The notes under the pieces: model-generated | What the model was told of the DNA's origin: nothing | Database searches by the model: none | Seen by the model: the letters and a program-made list of their open reading frames with translations, nothing else | Shown: positions 8,333 through 18,797 of the stretch, one piece after another | Position numbering within the stretch: the stretch's first letter is position 1 | Layout: each line of letters starts with the position of its first letter | From: an uncultured virus (IMG/VR IMGVR_UViG_3300037963_002172) | Lineage: Duplodnaviria; Heunggongvirae; Uroviricota; Caudoviricetes | Virus record (IMG/VR): IMGVR_UViG_3300037963_002172 | Strand: one strand, 5' to 3' | Length of the DNA: 64,000 nt | Translations under genes and position numbers: made by a program

Positions 8333-10060
8333 ATGGCAATTAACTTTATTGAAGACCTTTCAGTAGCAGGCACAGTATCTGTTACAGCCGCAGACTCAAT
8401 AACAATTGCGGATTACATACTTCATTCAGGAGATGATAGTAAATTTGGTTTTCCTAGTAATGATAATTTTAAAATAAGATTAGCTGCTAGTGACGTGTTT
8501 ACTATGAGCTCGTCTACTATGACTTTTAATGGTGGCTTAACTCTACAGTCTGGAGGGCCAAACTTAACATTAAAAGACACGACAGATAACGATGACCAAC
8601 AAATTCATTTTGTCAATAGTAGTGGTAATATAGATTATAGAATACATACGGCTGATTTTACAGGTGCTGGTGGTGGTGATGGTTTGTATATCGGTTCTAC
8701 TATTTCTTCTGAATTTTGTTTAGTTACTAACGACACAATAGCTTTAACTTTAGATACATCACAAAATGCAACTTTTGCAGGAAGTCTATCAGCTTCAATT
8801 AGTGCTGATAGTGATAGTACATATACAGGTATTGTTGTTTCAGAAAGTGGAACACTAAAATATAGAACTAAAGCACAAATTAGAAGTGATATTGGAGCAG
8901 GTACAGGTAGTGGTAATGTTACCGCTTCGGGTGGTGCTGATAATTATGTTGCTGTTTTTTCTAGTGCTACTGTAATTGAAGGAGAGTCTAATTTTACTTG
9001 GAACGGTTCAACTTTAGCAGTCACTGGTGGCGGTAGTTATTCAGGTGCATTGCTGTGTGATAATTTAAACTTAGGAAACAACACAGATACAACATTAAGC
9101 AGAACGGGTGCGGGAGAAGTTTCGATTGAAAATCAAAGAATTTTTGCCGACAATTATCATCCTAACGCAGACGTTTGGACTACCGCAAGAACTATAACTA
9201 TCGGTAATACAGGAAAGACAGTTGATGGGTCAGCCAATGTAACTTGGACATTATCTGAAATAGGTGTCGATGGAGTTTATTTACCACTTGCTGGTGGTAC
9301 AATGACAGGAACTACAAATCACGGTGATAATGTAAAATCTAGATTCGGAACAGGTAATGATTTAACTATATTTGCATCTGGTACTACTTCAGTTTTAGAT
9401 ATTCCTGCTGGAGATTTTTATATTGGAGATTATCAAACTTTTAGTACTGGTACTTTTGCTTTTGCAAGAGTTGGTGCTGAAACTGGTATACTTCAACCTG
9501 AAGAAGGTTTGTTTGCTCTTAGTGTAAACGGAAATAATAATCACATAACTATAGGTGCTGACGGTGAAAATGTTGTAGAGATAGACCACGAATCAATGAC
9601 TGTTTCAGGTGATATAAAGCTTGAAAGTAATTCAGAAATTGAACTAGATGGTAACGGTGGTTTATTATTAAATGCAAGTGCAGACGTAATTAGCACAGAA
9701 GGAAACGGAATAATAATAAAATTCCATTCTACTGGAACAACTGCTGGTAGTATATACTATAAAAGTAATTTAGCAGCAGCTTGGTCTTTAGCTGATGCAG
9801 ACAATGATTCAGCTACTCGAATGTTAGCAGTCGCTTTAGGCAGTAACTCAGGAACAAGCGGTATGTTATTACAAGGAGTTTTCAGAAAAGCTTCACACGG
9901 TTTTAGTGCAGGTGCTCCTCTTTATCTTTCAACCACAGCAGGTGCTTTCACTACAAGCGTACCTACAGGTACTAATGATTATGCTAGGTTGGTAGGATAT
10001 GTATTAGATTCAAACTTAATATATTTCAATCCTGACAATACTTGGGTACAAAATAATTAA
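8333..10060 (+). CDS. Tail fibre protein
   Basis: MAINF N-terminus shared with 5939; YLPLAGGTMTG fibre motif. Confidence 0.8.
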   Translation: MAINFIEDLSVAGTVSVTAADSITIADYILHSGDDSKFGFPSNDNFKIRLAASDVFTMSSSTMTFNGGLTLQSGGPNLTLKDTTDNDDQQIHFVNSSGNIDYRIHTADFTGAGGGDGLYIGSTISSEFCLVTNDTIALTLDTSQNATFAGSLSASISADSDSTYTGIVVSESGTLKYRTKAQIRSDIGAGTGSGNVTASGGADNYVAVFSSATVIEGESNFTWNGSTLAVTGGGSYSGALLCDNLNLGNNTDTTLSRTGAGEVSIENQRIFADNYHPNADVWTTARTITIGNTGKTVDGSANVTWTLSEIGVDGVYLPLAGGTMTGTTNHGDNVKSRFGTGNDLTIFASGTTSVLDIPAGDFYIGDYQTFSTGTFAFARVGAETGILQPEEGLFALSVNGNNNHITIGADGENVVEIDHESMTVSGDIKLESNSEIELDGNGGLLLNASADVISTEGNGIIIKFHSTGTTAGSIYYKSNLAAAWSLADADNDSATRMLAVALGSNSGTSGMLLQGVFRKASHGFSAGAPLYLSTTAGAFTTSVPTGTNDYARLVGYVLDSNLIYFNPDNTWVQNN

Positions 10061-10065
10061 TAGTT

Positions 10066-10758
10066 ATGCCAACAATAAATGCAGGTAAATATGGGTATTT
10101 GGTGCAATCGTCTACCGTTAGTTTTACAGCACTAAGAAATGGTACTACAGCTTTACAAGTAAATAATCAACCATCAAGTAGTAATGCAATTGGTGTTAGA
10201 TTTCGTTATGTATCAGGAGGTAAAGGTAGCGAGTGGCAATTGCATAGGTCTTATTGGGCTTTCGACACTTCATCTTATTCTTCTGGTTACACAATAACAG
10301 ACCTTGAAATAAAGTTTGACCCGACAACTAGCACAACAACAAACTTTCCCGTTGCGGTAATAAAATCAACAGCACAAGGTAATGCTGATACTAATTTAGT
10401 TTCTGGTGATTGGGACAGTTTAGATTTTAACACTTTATACTCTGCTAATAGCTCAACTAATTATTGGCCAGACACAAACAGCGTAAGTACTATTGCATTG
10501 AATTCAACAGCAATAACTGATTTTAGCAGTGGATATTTAAAAGTAGCTATAGTTTGGTGGTTTGATTATACAAATGGAGGAGGTCTTGCTACTCCGCAAA
10601 CAATAAACGCATATCAAAATTTTGGTTATGTGCCAAGGTTACAATTTACTGCAACTGCTCTTGGTTATGGAAATATTGTAAATGGCGTTGAGTCAGAAGA
10701 CATAGGTAATGTAATTGGAGTTTCGTCCGCTAATATAAGTAAAGTAATAGGAGCGTAA
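10066..10758 (+). CDS. Virion/tail-associated protein
   Basis: S/T/N-rich beta protein within the fibre cluster. Confidence 0.55.
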   Translation: MPTINAGKYGYLVQSSTVSFTALRNGTTALQVNNQPSSSNAIGVRFRYVSGGKGSEWQLHRSYWAFDTSSYSSGYTITDLEIKFDPTTSTTTNFPVAVIKSTAQGNADTNLVSGDWDSLDFNTLYSANSSTNYWPDTNSVSTIALNSTAITDFSSGYLKVAIVWWFDYTNGGGLATPQTINAYQNFGYVPRLQFTATALGYGNIVNGVESEDIGNVIGVSSANISKVIGA

Positions 10759-10760
10759 TT

Positions 10761-11495
10761 ATGGCAAAAATTAGTAATCAAGTAGCATACCCAGAGATAA
10801 CCCCAACACTAGATGATTATGTGGTTATTACTGACCAAGACACTAAAGATTTAGAAACTAAGACTTGTACCTTAGCCGATATCAGACCAGTAATCACAAC
10901 AACTAATAATAACACTTATATTTCACGTGTAAAAGTAGATTTAAGTCAATTGCAAAATTTACGTTGTAGCCCTGTACTTATGGTACCAAGACCAGGCCCT
11001 AATAAAGTTATTAAACCTGAAGCCTTAGCAATTTATGTAAAGCCTGGGTCTCAGCCTTTTACAAATGCATCTGGTTATTGGAGTATTTGGGGAGGGCAAG
11101 ACCCACAATGTTCTGCATATACAGCTAGCGTACCTCCTTATACACCTCCCGCTTCTTGTCTAGACCCTAATACTCTAAGAGGGGGTCAGTGCTGGCCTAC
11201 TACAACCCCTCCCACTTATATTTACGCACCAGAGTGGGGTGCTCCAGGTGATGGTACTTGGGCTATGAACTGCTGCGGTAAAAGGTGGATAGGTATTCTA
11301 GGAATAGCTGACCTTCAAACTACTACTCCAGCTTATCATTATAAAGCTTTTGTAAACGACATTCTCCCAATAAATTACGGTGTTTACGTATGGAATGATA
11401 ATTTTTACGCAACAGGCACCCCGATAAACGGAAGTGATAGTTTTTTCTACGCTTCAATAAAATATAAAATAATAGATTTAGACCTTATAAAATAA
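10761..11495 (+). CDS. MAKIS-family structural paralogue with Cys/Pro-rich insertion
   Basis: Homologous to 11502 and 12396 at both ends. Confidence 0.65.
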   Translation: MAKISNQVAYPEITPTLDDYVVITDQDTKDLETKTCTLADIRPVITTTNNNTYISRVKVDLSQLQNLRCSPVLMVPRPGPNKVIKPEALAIYVKPGSQPFTNASGYWSIWGGQDPQCSAYTASVPPYTPPASCLDPNTLRGGQCWPTTTPPTYIYAPEWGAPGDGTWAMNCCGKRWIGILGIADLQTTTPAYHYKAFVNDILPINYGVYVWNDNFYATGTPINGSDSFFYASIKYKIIDLDLIK

Positions 11496-11501
11496 TATAA
11501 A

Positions 11502-12065
11502 ATGGCAAAAATTAGTAATCAAAACGCATACCCCCTTATTAATCCAACATTAGAAGATTATGTTGTAATAACTGATAAGGATAATCAATTGTTAACTAAA
11601 ACTACAAAACTTAGAAATATACAAGGTTTATTTGAATTAGAGCCTATTACAGTTAGTATGGCTGTAGGAGGAGCAACTGGTGTCGGTGTGCCAACGTTTG
11701 GAAACCCTGTAGAAATAATTCCTGCACCAGGGCCTAATAAAGTTCTATCGGTATATTCTGTTTTCTGTTATATCGAAGCAGGTAGTATTCCTTATGATTA
11801 TGGTGGGGATATTTTTTTTGATGTAGGTGATTATGATATTTCAAATCCTGGTCGTAATATAACTAGAGTCGGTGATGAAAAATTAAACTCAACTGTAGAC
11901 ATAGTAACACAAAGGCTTACATCAATTTCAAAAGAACCACAAATTAATGCTCCTTTAAAAATGGTTGTTCGTAATGCTTTTCAAGACCCCACTCAAGGTA
12001 ATGGTACTTTTAAAATTCTTATTACTTATGACATTATAGATTTAGCATTGTTTGATGCTCTTTGA
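11502..12065 (+). CDS. MAKIS-family structural paralogue
   Basis: DYVVITD, PVEIIPAPGPNKVL and PTQGNGT motifs. Confidence 0.65.
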   Translation: MAKISNQNAYPLINPTLEDYVVITDKDNQLLTKTTKLRNIQGLFELEPITVSMAVGGATGVGVPTFGNPVEIIPAPGPNKVLSVYSVFCYIEAGSIPYDYGGDIFFDVGDYDISNPGRNITRVGDEKLNSTVDIVTQRLTSISKEPQINAPLKMVVRNAFQDPTQGNGTFKILITYDIIDLALFDAL

Positions 12066-12090
12066 TTAAAAAAAAAATTAACTATCTTTG
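12061..12090 (+). promoter_or_regulatory. Bacteroidota -33/-7 promoter
   Basis: TTTG-18nt-TATCTTTG. Confidence 0.65.
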
Positions 12091-12121
12091 TACGAATAAT
12101 TAACAATTAAATTTATTTAAA

Positions 12122-12394
12122 ATGGCAGAAAATCAAAAACTTACAACAGAAGAATTAGGAGCTTTACAAGTTCTAAACACAAACTTTCAAAACACTAAAA
12201 TAAAAATCGCAGAATGCGAATTGCAAAAAGTTAAATTAATAGCAGAACTTGATGCATTCAGAAAAGATTTTGCGTCAATGGAAAAAGAATTAATTAACAA
12301 ATACGGAGACAAAGTACAAATCAATCTTCAGACTGGAGAGGTTAATCCTCCAAAAGAAGAAGACGTTATGGAGTCTCTAGAAAAAGTAGAATAA
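12122..12394 (+). CDS. Small coiled-coil protein (possible fibre chaperone)
   Basis: Heptad pattern, then KYG.V.INL.TGE; function inferred from position only. Confidence 0.5.
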   Translation: MAENQKLTTEELGALQVLNTNFQNTKIKIAECELQKVKLIAELDAFRKDFASMEKELINKYGDKVQINLQTGEVNPPKEEDVMESLEKVE

Positions 12395-12395
12395 A

Positions 12396-12935
12396 TTGGC
12401 AAAAATCAGTTCACTATCTTCGTATCCTTTAATTACAAATCTTGACAAAGAAGATTATGTAATTATAACTGACAAAGAAAATCAGTTAATGACAAAAAAT
12501 GTATCAGTAGAACAACTGCAAACATTTTTCGGAATCAATACAAATGTGAAGAAAGTGTCGATTAGTGCTGCTAACCTTCTTACATCATTCTCTACTCCTG
12601 TAGAAGTAATCCCTCAACCTGGTGCAAATCAAGTCTTAGACATAATATCTATAATGGCTTATTTAGATGCGGGTCTTACGGTATTCAATTTTCCTGCTAA
12701 TGTTCAGTTAAATATTGGAGCTGTAAATATAGGATTGTTAAGAGGAGCTCAGTTTTTAAATCAGAATAATGACCTTATTGAAAAAAGTAAATTACTAGAT
12801 GGTGTTTCAGGAGGTCTTATTGCAAAAGGTGCAGGGTTAAATTTGCAAGCTTTGACGGGTAACCCGACACAAGGAAATGGCACCTTATATTTAGACGTAA
12901 TGTATAGAGTGTTAGACGTAGGAACTTCATTCTAA
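12396..12935 (+). CDS. MAKIS-family structural paralogue
   Basis: Same motifs as 11502; TTG start. Confidence 0.65.
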   Translation: MAKISSLSSYPLITNLDKEDYVIITDKENQLMTKNVSVEQLQTFFGINTNVKKVSISAANLLTSFSTPVEVIPQPGANQVLDIISIMAYLDAGLTVFNFPANVQLNIGAVNIGLLRGAQFLNQNNDLIEKSKLLDGVSGGLIAKGAGLNLQALTGNPTQGNGTLYLDVMYRVLDVGTSF

Positions 12936-12939
12936 TTAA

Positions 12940-13164
12940 ATGGATATAAGAAAACTTTCAATAGGGCCTGACTATAAATCAGGTGCTATGCATTATTTAG
13001 TTGGTCAATTTGTATTAAATAATAATTATAAAATACATTTGATTAAATGGTGTACTAAAACATCTAATTATCTTATTTATATTATTCAAGAAGATAAAAT
13101 TGTTTTATGGAAATCTTTTTCACATACAATGCCAGTATCGGTTGAATATAATATAAATTTCTAA
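12940..13164 (+). CDS. Hypothetical protein
   Basis: ORF track; operon context. Confidence 0.75.
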   Translation: MDIRKLSIGPDYKSGAMHYLVGQFVLNNNYKIHLIKWCTKTSNYLIYIIQEDKIVLWKSFSHTMPVSVEYNINF

Positions 13165-13730
13165 TGCAATCTTTGTTTGACTTTATTATTACTCCAAAGA
13201 AAAATCGTAGATATAATAATACAAAATCAATAGCTGGTACTGAAATTATTACAAACACCTCTCAAGAAGACCATAGGTTTTCTAATAGAGAAGGAGTTGT
13301 TGTGAATGTTCCCAAGAACTATAAAGGGGATGTTCAAATAGGTGATACTTTGTTGGTTCATCATAATGTATTTAAATATTATTATGATATGAAGGGCAGA
13401 CAAAGAAGCGGAAGAAGTTTTTTAAAAGACAATATTTTTTTTGTAGATGAAGACCAGTTTTTTTTATACAAACATAACAACCAGTGGAAGTCGCACAGTA
13501 AATATTGCTTTGTTAAACCTCTGGAAAAACAAGAGTCAATAATTTATAAAGACACAAAATACGAACCATTGATGGGGACTATGAAATATGTCAACAAAGA
13601 ATTAAAAGACTTGGGAGTAAATGTAGGTGATAAAGTGTGTTACAAGCCTGATACTGAATATGAATTTGAGGTAGACGGAGAAAAATTATATAGAATTATG
13701 TCGCAAAGTATAACAGGAGTGTGGCAATGA
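13164..13730 (+). CDS. Tandem GroES-like (Cpn10-fold) protein
   Basis: Two repeats of the G.V..V...V..GD.V pattern; ends EFEVDGEKLYRI. Confidence 0.65.
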   Translation: MQSLFDFIITPKKNRRYNNTKSIAGTEIITNTSQEDHRFSNREGVVVNVPKNYKGDVQIGDTLLVHHNVFKYYYDMKGRQRSGRSFLKDNIFFVDEDQFFLYKHNNQWKSHSKYCFVKPLEKQESIIYKDTKYEPLMGTMKYVNKELKDLGVNVGDKVCYKPDTEYEFEVDGEKLYRIMSQSITGVWQ

Positions 13731-13760
13731 GGCGAATAAGAAAAAATAAAAACAACAACT

Positions 13761-14087
13761 TTGAAAAAGAATTTAAACCTAAAATCAAATATAATCGAAA
13801 CAAAGATAGATACCAAAAGCATAAAATTAAAAATTATAGCAGCGGGTCAGAAAGCAGTGAATGAACTAATTAAAGTTGCAGGGGAAAAAATAATTAAACA
13901 CGACCCTGAAGATGATTTATCAGCAGACAGACTTAAAAATGCAGCAGCAACAAAAAAACTAGCAGTATTCGATGCGTTTGAAATCTTAAACAGAATTCAA
14001 CAAGAGAAAGAAGCTATGGAGTTAGCTGAAAAAGGAATTTTAAGAACTGATACAAAACAAGGCTTTGCAGAAAGAAACTCAAAATAA
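13761..14087 (+). CDS. Probable terminase small subunit (start uncertain)
   Basis: Helical protein overlapping the terL start; no N-terminal ATG. Confidence 0.45.
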   Translation: MKKNLNLKSNIIETKIDTKSIKLKIIAAGQKAVNELIKVAGEKIIKHDPEDDLSADRLKNAAATKKLAVFDAFEILNRIQQEKEAMELAEKGILRTDTKQGFAERNSK

Positions 14088-16311
14088 TTTATATTTAGAA
14101 TTAACTGATGTTATTCCAAAAAGTGTTTTAACAAAAAAAAATAAAGCACGTACTTGGCTGTATGGATATAATGAAAAATACGATGTTATTGTTATATCTA
14201 AAACTGGTCAAATTGGAGAAATCATTAGCATTAGTGGGTTAGTAATTGCATTACCTCTTTCTCCTGAAATTGGTCGTAAACGACCAAAAAACAAATCAGA
14301 ACAATATTGGTCTAGGCCAGAATATCCCAAAGCTTTAGCTAAAATACCAAGTATTTTTGTCTGGAATGAAATGCCTGCTGCATTTAAAAATATGTGGATT
14401 GACTACATAGAGGAAGAATTTGAAAGAAGAGAAAAAGGTCATTGGTTTTGGAACAACGGTAAGCATACATACATAACAGGCTCACACTATATGTATTTGC
14501 AATGGACTAAAATTGATGTAGGTTTTCCAGATTTTAGAGAAGCAAACCGATTGTTTTACATTTATTGGGAAGCGTGTAAAGCCGATAAAAGAAGTTTTGG
14601 TATTTGTTATTTAAAAATAAGACGTTCAGGTTTTTCGTTTATGGGGTCAGAAGAATGTGCTAATATAGCTACCATATCTAAAGATTCTAGAATCGGCATA
14701 CTTTCTAAAACTGGTGCCGATGCAAAAAAAATGTTTACTGATAAAGTAGTTCCTATAACAAACAATTATCCATTCTTTTTCAAACCTATTCAAGACGGTA
14801 TGGACAAACCTAAAACAGAACTTGCATTTAGAGTGCCTGCGTCTAAGATTACAAAAAAGAATATGCACTTGCAAGATGATTTTGAAATGGATGGTCTTGA
14901 CACAACTATCGACTGGAAAAACACAGACGACAACTCTTATGATGGGGAAAAGTTATTATTGTTAGTTCACGATGAAAGTGGTAAATGGATAAAGCCTAAT
15001 GACATATTAAATAACTGGAGAGTAACAAAAACTTGTTTAAGATTAGGTAGAAAAATAATCGGAAAATGTATGATGGGTTCTACTTCTAACGCTTTAAACA
15101 AAGGTGGTAGTAGTTTTAAAAAACTTTATGAAGATTCAGATATAACAAAACGAAACGCAAACGGTCAAACAAAAAGCGGTTTATATAGTTTGTTTATTCC
15201 TATGGAGTGGAATATGGAAGGGTTTATCGACAAATATGGTATGCCTGTTCTTAATACTAAAGACGAATCTGTTTTAGGAATAGATGATGAATATATAAAT
15301 ATAGGTGCAATTGATTATTGGCAAAATGAAGTTGATTCATTAAAACAAGATTCTAATGCACTGAACGAGTTTTACCGACAGTTTCCAAGAACAGAATCGC
15401 ACGCATTCCGAGATGAAAGCAATCAATCTCTTTTTAACTTAACTAAAATTTACCAGCAAATAGATTATAATGATTCTTTAATAATGGAGCAACACGTTTC
15501 TAGAGGAAACTTTAGTTGGAAAAATGGAGTAAAAGATACAGAAGTAATATTCAATCCTAATAAAAACGGTAGGTTTTATTTATCGTGGATACCTGAAGTT
15601 AATTTACGAAATAAAGTGATTGTAAAAAATAATGTGAAATATCCTGGCAATGAACATATAGGTTCATTTGGATGTGATAGCTATGATATATCTGGTACTG
15701 TTGGAGGTAAAGGTTCGAACGGAGCCTTACACGGTATGACAAAATTTAATATGGATAAAGCACCTAGCAATACATTTTTTTTAGAATATGTAGCTAGACC
15801 ACAAACAGCAGAAATATTTTTTGAAGATGTTTTAATGGCTTGCGTGTTTTATGGTATGCCGTTATTATGTGAAAACAACAAACCTAGATTGTTGTATCAT
15901 TTTAAAAACAGAGGATATCGAGGGTTTAGTATGAATAGGCCTGATAAAGTTTACAACAAACTTTCAAGAACAGAAAAAGAATTAGGAGGCATACCTAATT
16001 CAAGCGAAGATGTGAAACAATCCCACGCAGCAGCTATAGAATCATTTATAGAAAAATATGTAGGTATAGACTTGCTAGGAAACTATAGAGAGAGCGATGA
16101 AATGGGAGATATGGTTTTTACACGTACATTAGAGGATTGGGCAAAGTTTGATATTAACAATAGAACAAAGTTTGATGCGTCCATAAGTTCTGGATTAGCT
16201 ATTATGGCAAATCAAAAACACCTTTATACACCTGTTAAAAAACAATCAAAAATAAGCATTAACTTTGCAAGATATGCTAACAAAGGAATATACAGTGAAT
16301 TAGTACAATAA
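14065..16311 (+). CDS. terL: Terminase large subunit
   Basis: KIRRSGFS Walker A variant, LLVHDE Walker B, GSTSN motif III, GCDSYD nuclease motif. Confidence 0.92.
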   Translation: MQKETQNNLYLELTDVIPKSVLTKKNKARTWLYGYNEKYDVIVISKTGQIGEIISISGLVIALPLSPEIGRKRPKNKSEQYWSRPEYPKALAKIPSIFVWNEMPAAFKNMWIDYIEEEFERREKGHWFWNNGKHTYITGSHYMYLQWTKIDVGFPDFREANRLFYIYWEACKADKRSFGICYLKIRRSGFSFMGSEECANIATISKDSRIGILSKTGADAKKMFTDKVVPITNNYPFFFKPIQDGMDKPKTELAFRVPASKITKKNMHLQDDFEMDGLDTTIDWKNTDDNSYDGEKLLLLVHDESGKWIKPNDILNNWRVTKTCLRLGRKIIGKCMMGSTSNALNKGGSSFKKLYEDSDITKRNANGQTKSGLYSLFIPMEWNMEGFIDKYGMPVLNTKDESVLGIDDEYINIGAIDYWQNEVDSLKQDSNALNEFYRQFPRTESHAFRDESNQSLFNLTKIYQQIDYNDSLIMEQHVSRGNFSWKNGVKDTEVIFNPNKNGRFYLSWIPEVNLRNKVIVKNNVKYPGNEHIGSFGCDSYDISGTVGGKGSNGALHGMTKFNMDKAPSNTFFLEYVARPQTAEIFFEDVLMACVFYGMPLLCENNKPRLLYHFKNRGYRGFSMNRPDKVYNKLSRTEKELGGIPNSSEDVKQSHAAAIESFIEKYVGIDLLGNYRESDEMGDMVFTRTLEDWAKFDINNRTKFDASISSGLAIMANQKHLYTPVKKQSKISINFARYANKGIYSELVQ

Positions 16312-18747
16312 ATGAAAGATATTAAAATAAATATATCTGACGTTGGTTTTCCTAGTCAGTTTGCTTCTGATGCTGAAAAAGCAACAGATAAGTATGGATT
16401 AATGATAGGACAGGCTATTCAATACGAATGGTTTAGAAAAGACTCTAGTGCGTGCAGATATTATAGTCGATGGCGTGACTTTAACCGATTAAGGTTGTAT
16501 GCTCGTGGTGAACAACCTATAGCCAAATATAAAAATGAATTAGCAGTAGATGGAGATTTATCTTATCTAAATTTAGATTGGAGTATTGTACCCATTATAC
16601 CAAAGTTTGTAGACTTGGTAGTTAATGGTATGAACGATAGATTATTCAAGGTTAATGCATATGCACAAGATGCTATGTCTCAGTCTAAAAGAAGCAAGTA
16701 TCAAGATATGATAGAGGCACAAATGGTCTCAAAAGAATTGCTTAGTAAAATTCAAGAAGGAACAGGTGCAAACCCTTTTACAATGTCTCCTGAAGATTTG
16801 CCAAATACAGATGAAGAGCTTGCATTGTATATGCAATTAAATTACAAGCCAGCAATTGAAATAGCAGAAGAAGAAGGTATTGATACAGTGTTTGCTATGA
16901 ATCATTACGAAGATATCAGAAGAAGACTAGATTATGATTTAACTGTATTAGGTTTGGCTTGTGCAAAACACGAATTTTTACCAGGAGCTGGAGTAGAAGT
17001 AAAATACGTAGACCCAGCTAACTTAATTCACAGCTATACTGAAGACCCACAATACAAAGATTGTTTTTATTGGGGTGAAATAAAAACAGTACCTATTACT
17101 GAGTTAATGAAAATTGACCAGTCTTTAACAAAAGAAGATTTAGAAGAAATTAGTCAATACAGTCAAATGTGGTACGATTATTTTAACGTAGCACAATATT
17201 ATGAAAACGATATTTTTTACAGAGATACTGTAACACTAATGTATTTTAATTATAAAACCACTAAAAAGTATGTTTACAAAAAAAAGGTAAACGAAAATGG
17301 TGCTACAAAAATTATTGAAAAAGATGATAGTTTCAATCCGCCAGAAGAAATGATGGAGGAAAACAATTTTAAAAGAATATCAAAAACAATTGATGTGTGG
17401 TATGAAGGCATTATGGTTATGGGAACTAATATAATGTTAAAGTGGGAATTAATGGAAAATATGGTAAGACCAAAATCTGCTACACAAGCAGCTTTACCAA
17501 ACTATGTAGCTACATCTCCTAGAATGTACAAAGGTGCTATTGAATCGTTGACAAAACGAATGATACCTTTTGCTGATTTAATCCAATTAACACATTTAAA
17601 ATTACAACAAGTTATTTCTAGAACTGTGCCTGATGGTGTATATATAGATGCTGATGGATTAAATGAAGTTGATTTAGGAACTGGAAATGCATATAATCCT
17701 GAAGACGCTTTAAGATTATATTTCCAAACGGGTAGTGTTGTAGGTAGAAGCTATACGCAAGAGGGAGAGTATAACCAAGGAAAAGTTCCAATACAACAAT
17801 TAACTTCAAACTCAGGTGCTAGTAAAACTCAAATGCTTATTACAAATATGAATAATTATATTAATATGATTAGACAAGTGACTGGATTGAGTGAAGCTAA
17901 AGATGGAAGTACACCTGACCCTAATGCATTAGTAGGTATTCAAAAGTTAGCAGCATTAAATTCTAACACAGCAACTAGACATATATTGGATGGTTCCTTA
18001 TATATATACAGAACTTTAGCTGAAGGTTTATCTTATAGAATAGCGGACATTTTAGAGTATGCAGAATTTAAAGATGAATTTGCAAATCAAATAGGTAAAT
18101 ACAATGTTTCTATTTTGGAAGAAATGAACGATTTATATATTTATGATTTTGGAATATTTATTGAAGTTACTCCAGATGCTGAAGAACAAGCACAGCTTGA
18201 ACAAAATATTCAGATGGCTTTACAAAAAGGTGATATTAATTTAGAAGATGCTATCGACATTAGAGAGATACATAATTTAAAATTAGCTAATCAACTTTTA
18301 AAAATGAAAAGAAAAGCTAAGGAAGAAAAAGATAGAGCTTTTGAATTACAAAAACAACAGCAACAAGGTCAGATTCAAATGCAGTCTCAACAAATGGCTG
18401 CACAAACAGCTATGCAAAAAATACAAGCTGAGAATCAAGCTAAGATGCAGTTAGAACAAGCCAAGGCTGCTTTTGAAATAGAAAGGTTAAATGCAGAGGC
18501 AAACTTGAAAGGAACACTAATGGATAAAGAGTTTGGGTATAATCAACAACTCCGAGACATAAGTGAAAGAGCTTTAAAAGATAGAGAGCTGCAAAGAGAA
18601 AGTGCAAAAGCTAGAAGAATTAGTCAAGCTAACACTGAGCAATCTAGACTTATAAATCAAAGGAAAAATAATTTACCTCCTCAAAGATTTGAGTCAAATG
18701 AAGATAGTTTAGATGGTTTTGACTTAGCTGAATTCGAACCTAGATAG
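16312..18747 (+). CDS. Portal protein
   Basis: Follows terL; PIIPKFVD.VVNG motif; long Gln-rich C-terminal coiled coil (P22-type barrel). Confidence 0.88.
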   Translation: MKDIKINISDVGFPSQFASDAEKATDKYGLMIGQAIQYEWFRKDSSACRYYSRWRDFNRLRLYARGEQPIAKYKNELAVDGDLSYLNLDWSIVPIIPKFVDLVVNGMNDRLFKVNAYAQDAMSQSKRSKYQDMIEAQMVSKELLSKIQEGTGANPFTMSPEDLPNTDEELALYMQLNYKPAIEIAEEEGIDTVFAMNHYEDIRRRLDYDLTVLGLACAKHEFLPGAGVEVKYVDPANLIHSYTEDPQYKDCFYWGEIKTVPITELMKIDQSLTKEDLEEISQYSQMWYDYFNVAQYYENDIFYRDTVTLMYFNYKTTKKYVYKKKVNENGATKIIEKDDSFNPPEEMMEENNFKRISKTIDVWYEGIMVMGTNIMLKWELMENMVRPKSATQAALPNYVATSPRMYKGAIESLTKRMIPFADLIQLTHLKLQQVISRTVPDGVYIDADGLNEVDLGTGNAYNPEDALRLYFQTGSVVGRSYTQEGEYNQGKVPIQQLTSNSGASKTQMLITNMNNYINMIRQVTGLSEAKDGSTPDPNALVGIQKLAALNSNTATRHILDGSLYIYRTLAEGLSYRIADILEYAEFKDEFANQIGKYNVSILEEMNDLYIYDFGIFIEVTPDAEEQAQLEQNIQMALQKGDINLEDAIDIREIHNLKLANQLLKMKRKAKEEKDRAFELQKQQQQGQIQMQSQQMAAQTAMQKIQAENQAKMQLEQAKAAFEIERLNAEANLKGTLMDKEFGYNQQLRDISERALKDRELQRESAKARRISQANTEQSRLINQRKNNLPPQRFESNEDSLDGFDLAEFEPR

Positions 18748-18773
18748 GCTTAATTTAGCAATAAATTAATTAT

Positions 18774-18781
18774 TAACTTTG
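18774..18781 (+). promoter_or_regulatory. Bacteroidota -7 promoter element
   Basis: TAACTTTG upstream of the scaffold gene. Confidence 0.65.
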
Positions 18782-18797
18782 TAAAAAATTAAATTAA

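Noticed and set aside
5939..12935. Diversity-generating retroelement acting on the fibre paralogues
   Set aside because: No reverse transcriptase and no TR/VR pair differing only at adenines was seen
13771..13777. TTTAAAC -1 slippery site
   Set aside because: The shift direction would lead out of the terS-like frame into a short ORF, and no stimulatory structure was seen
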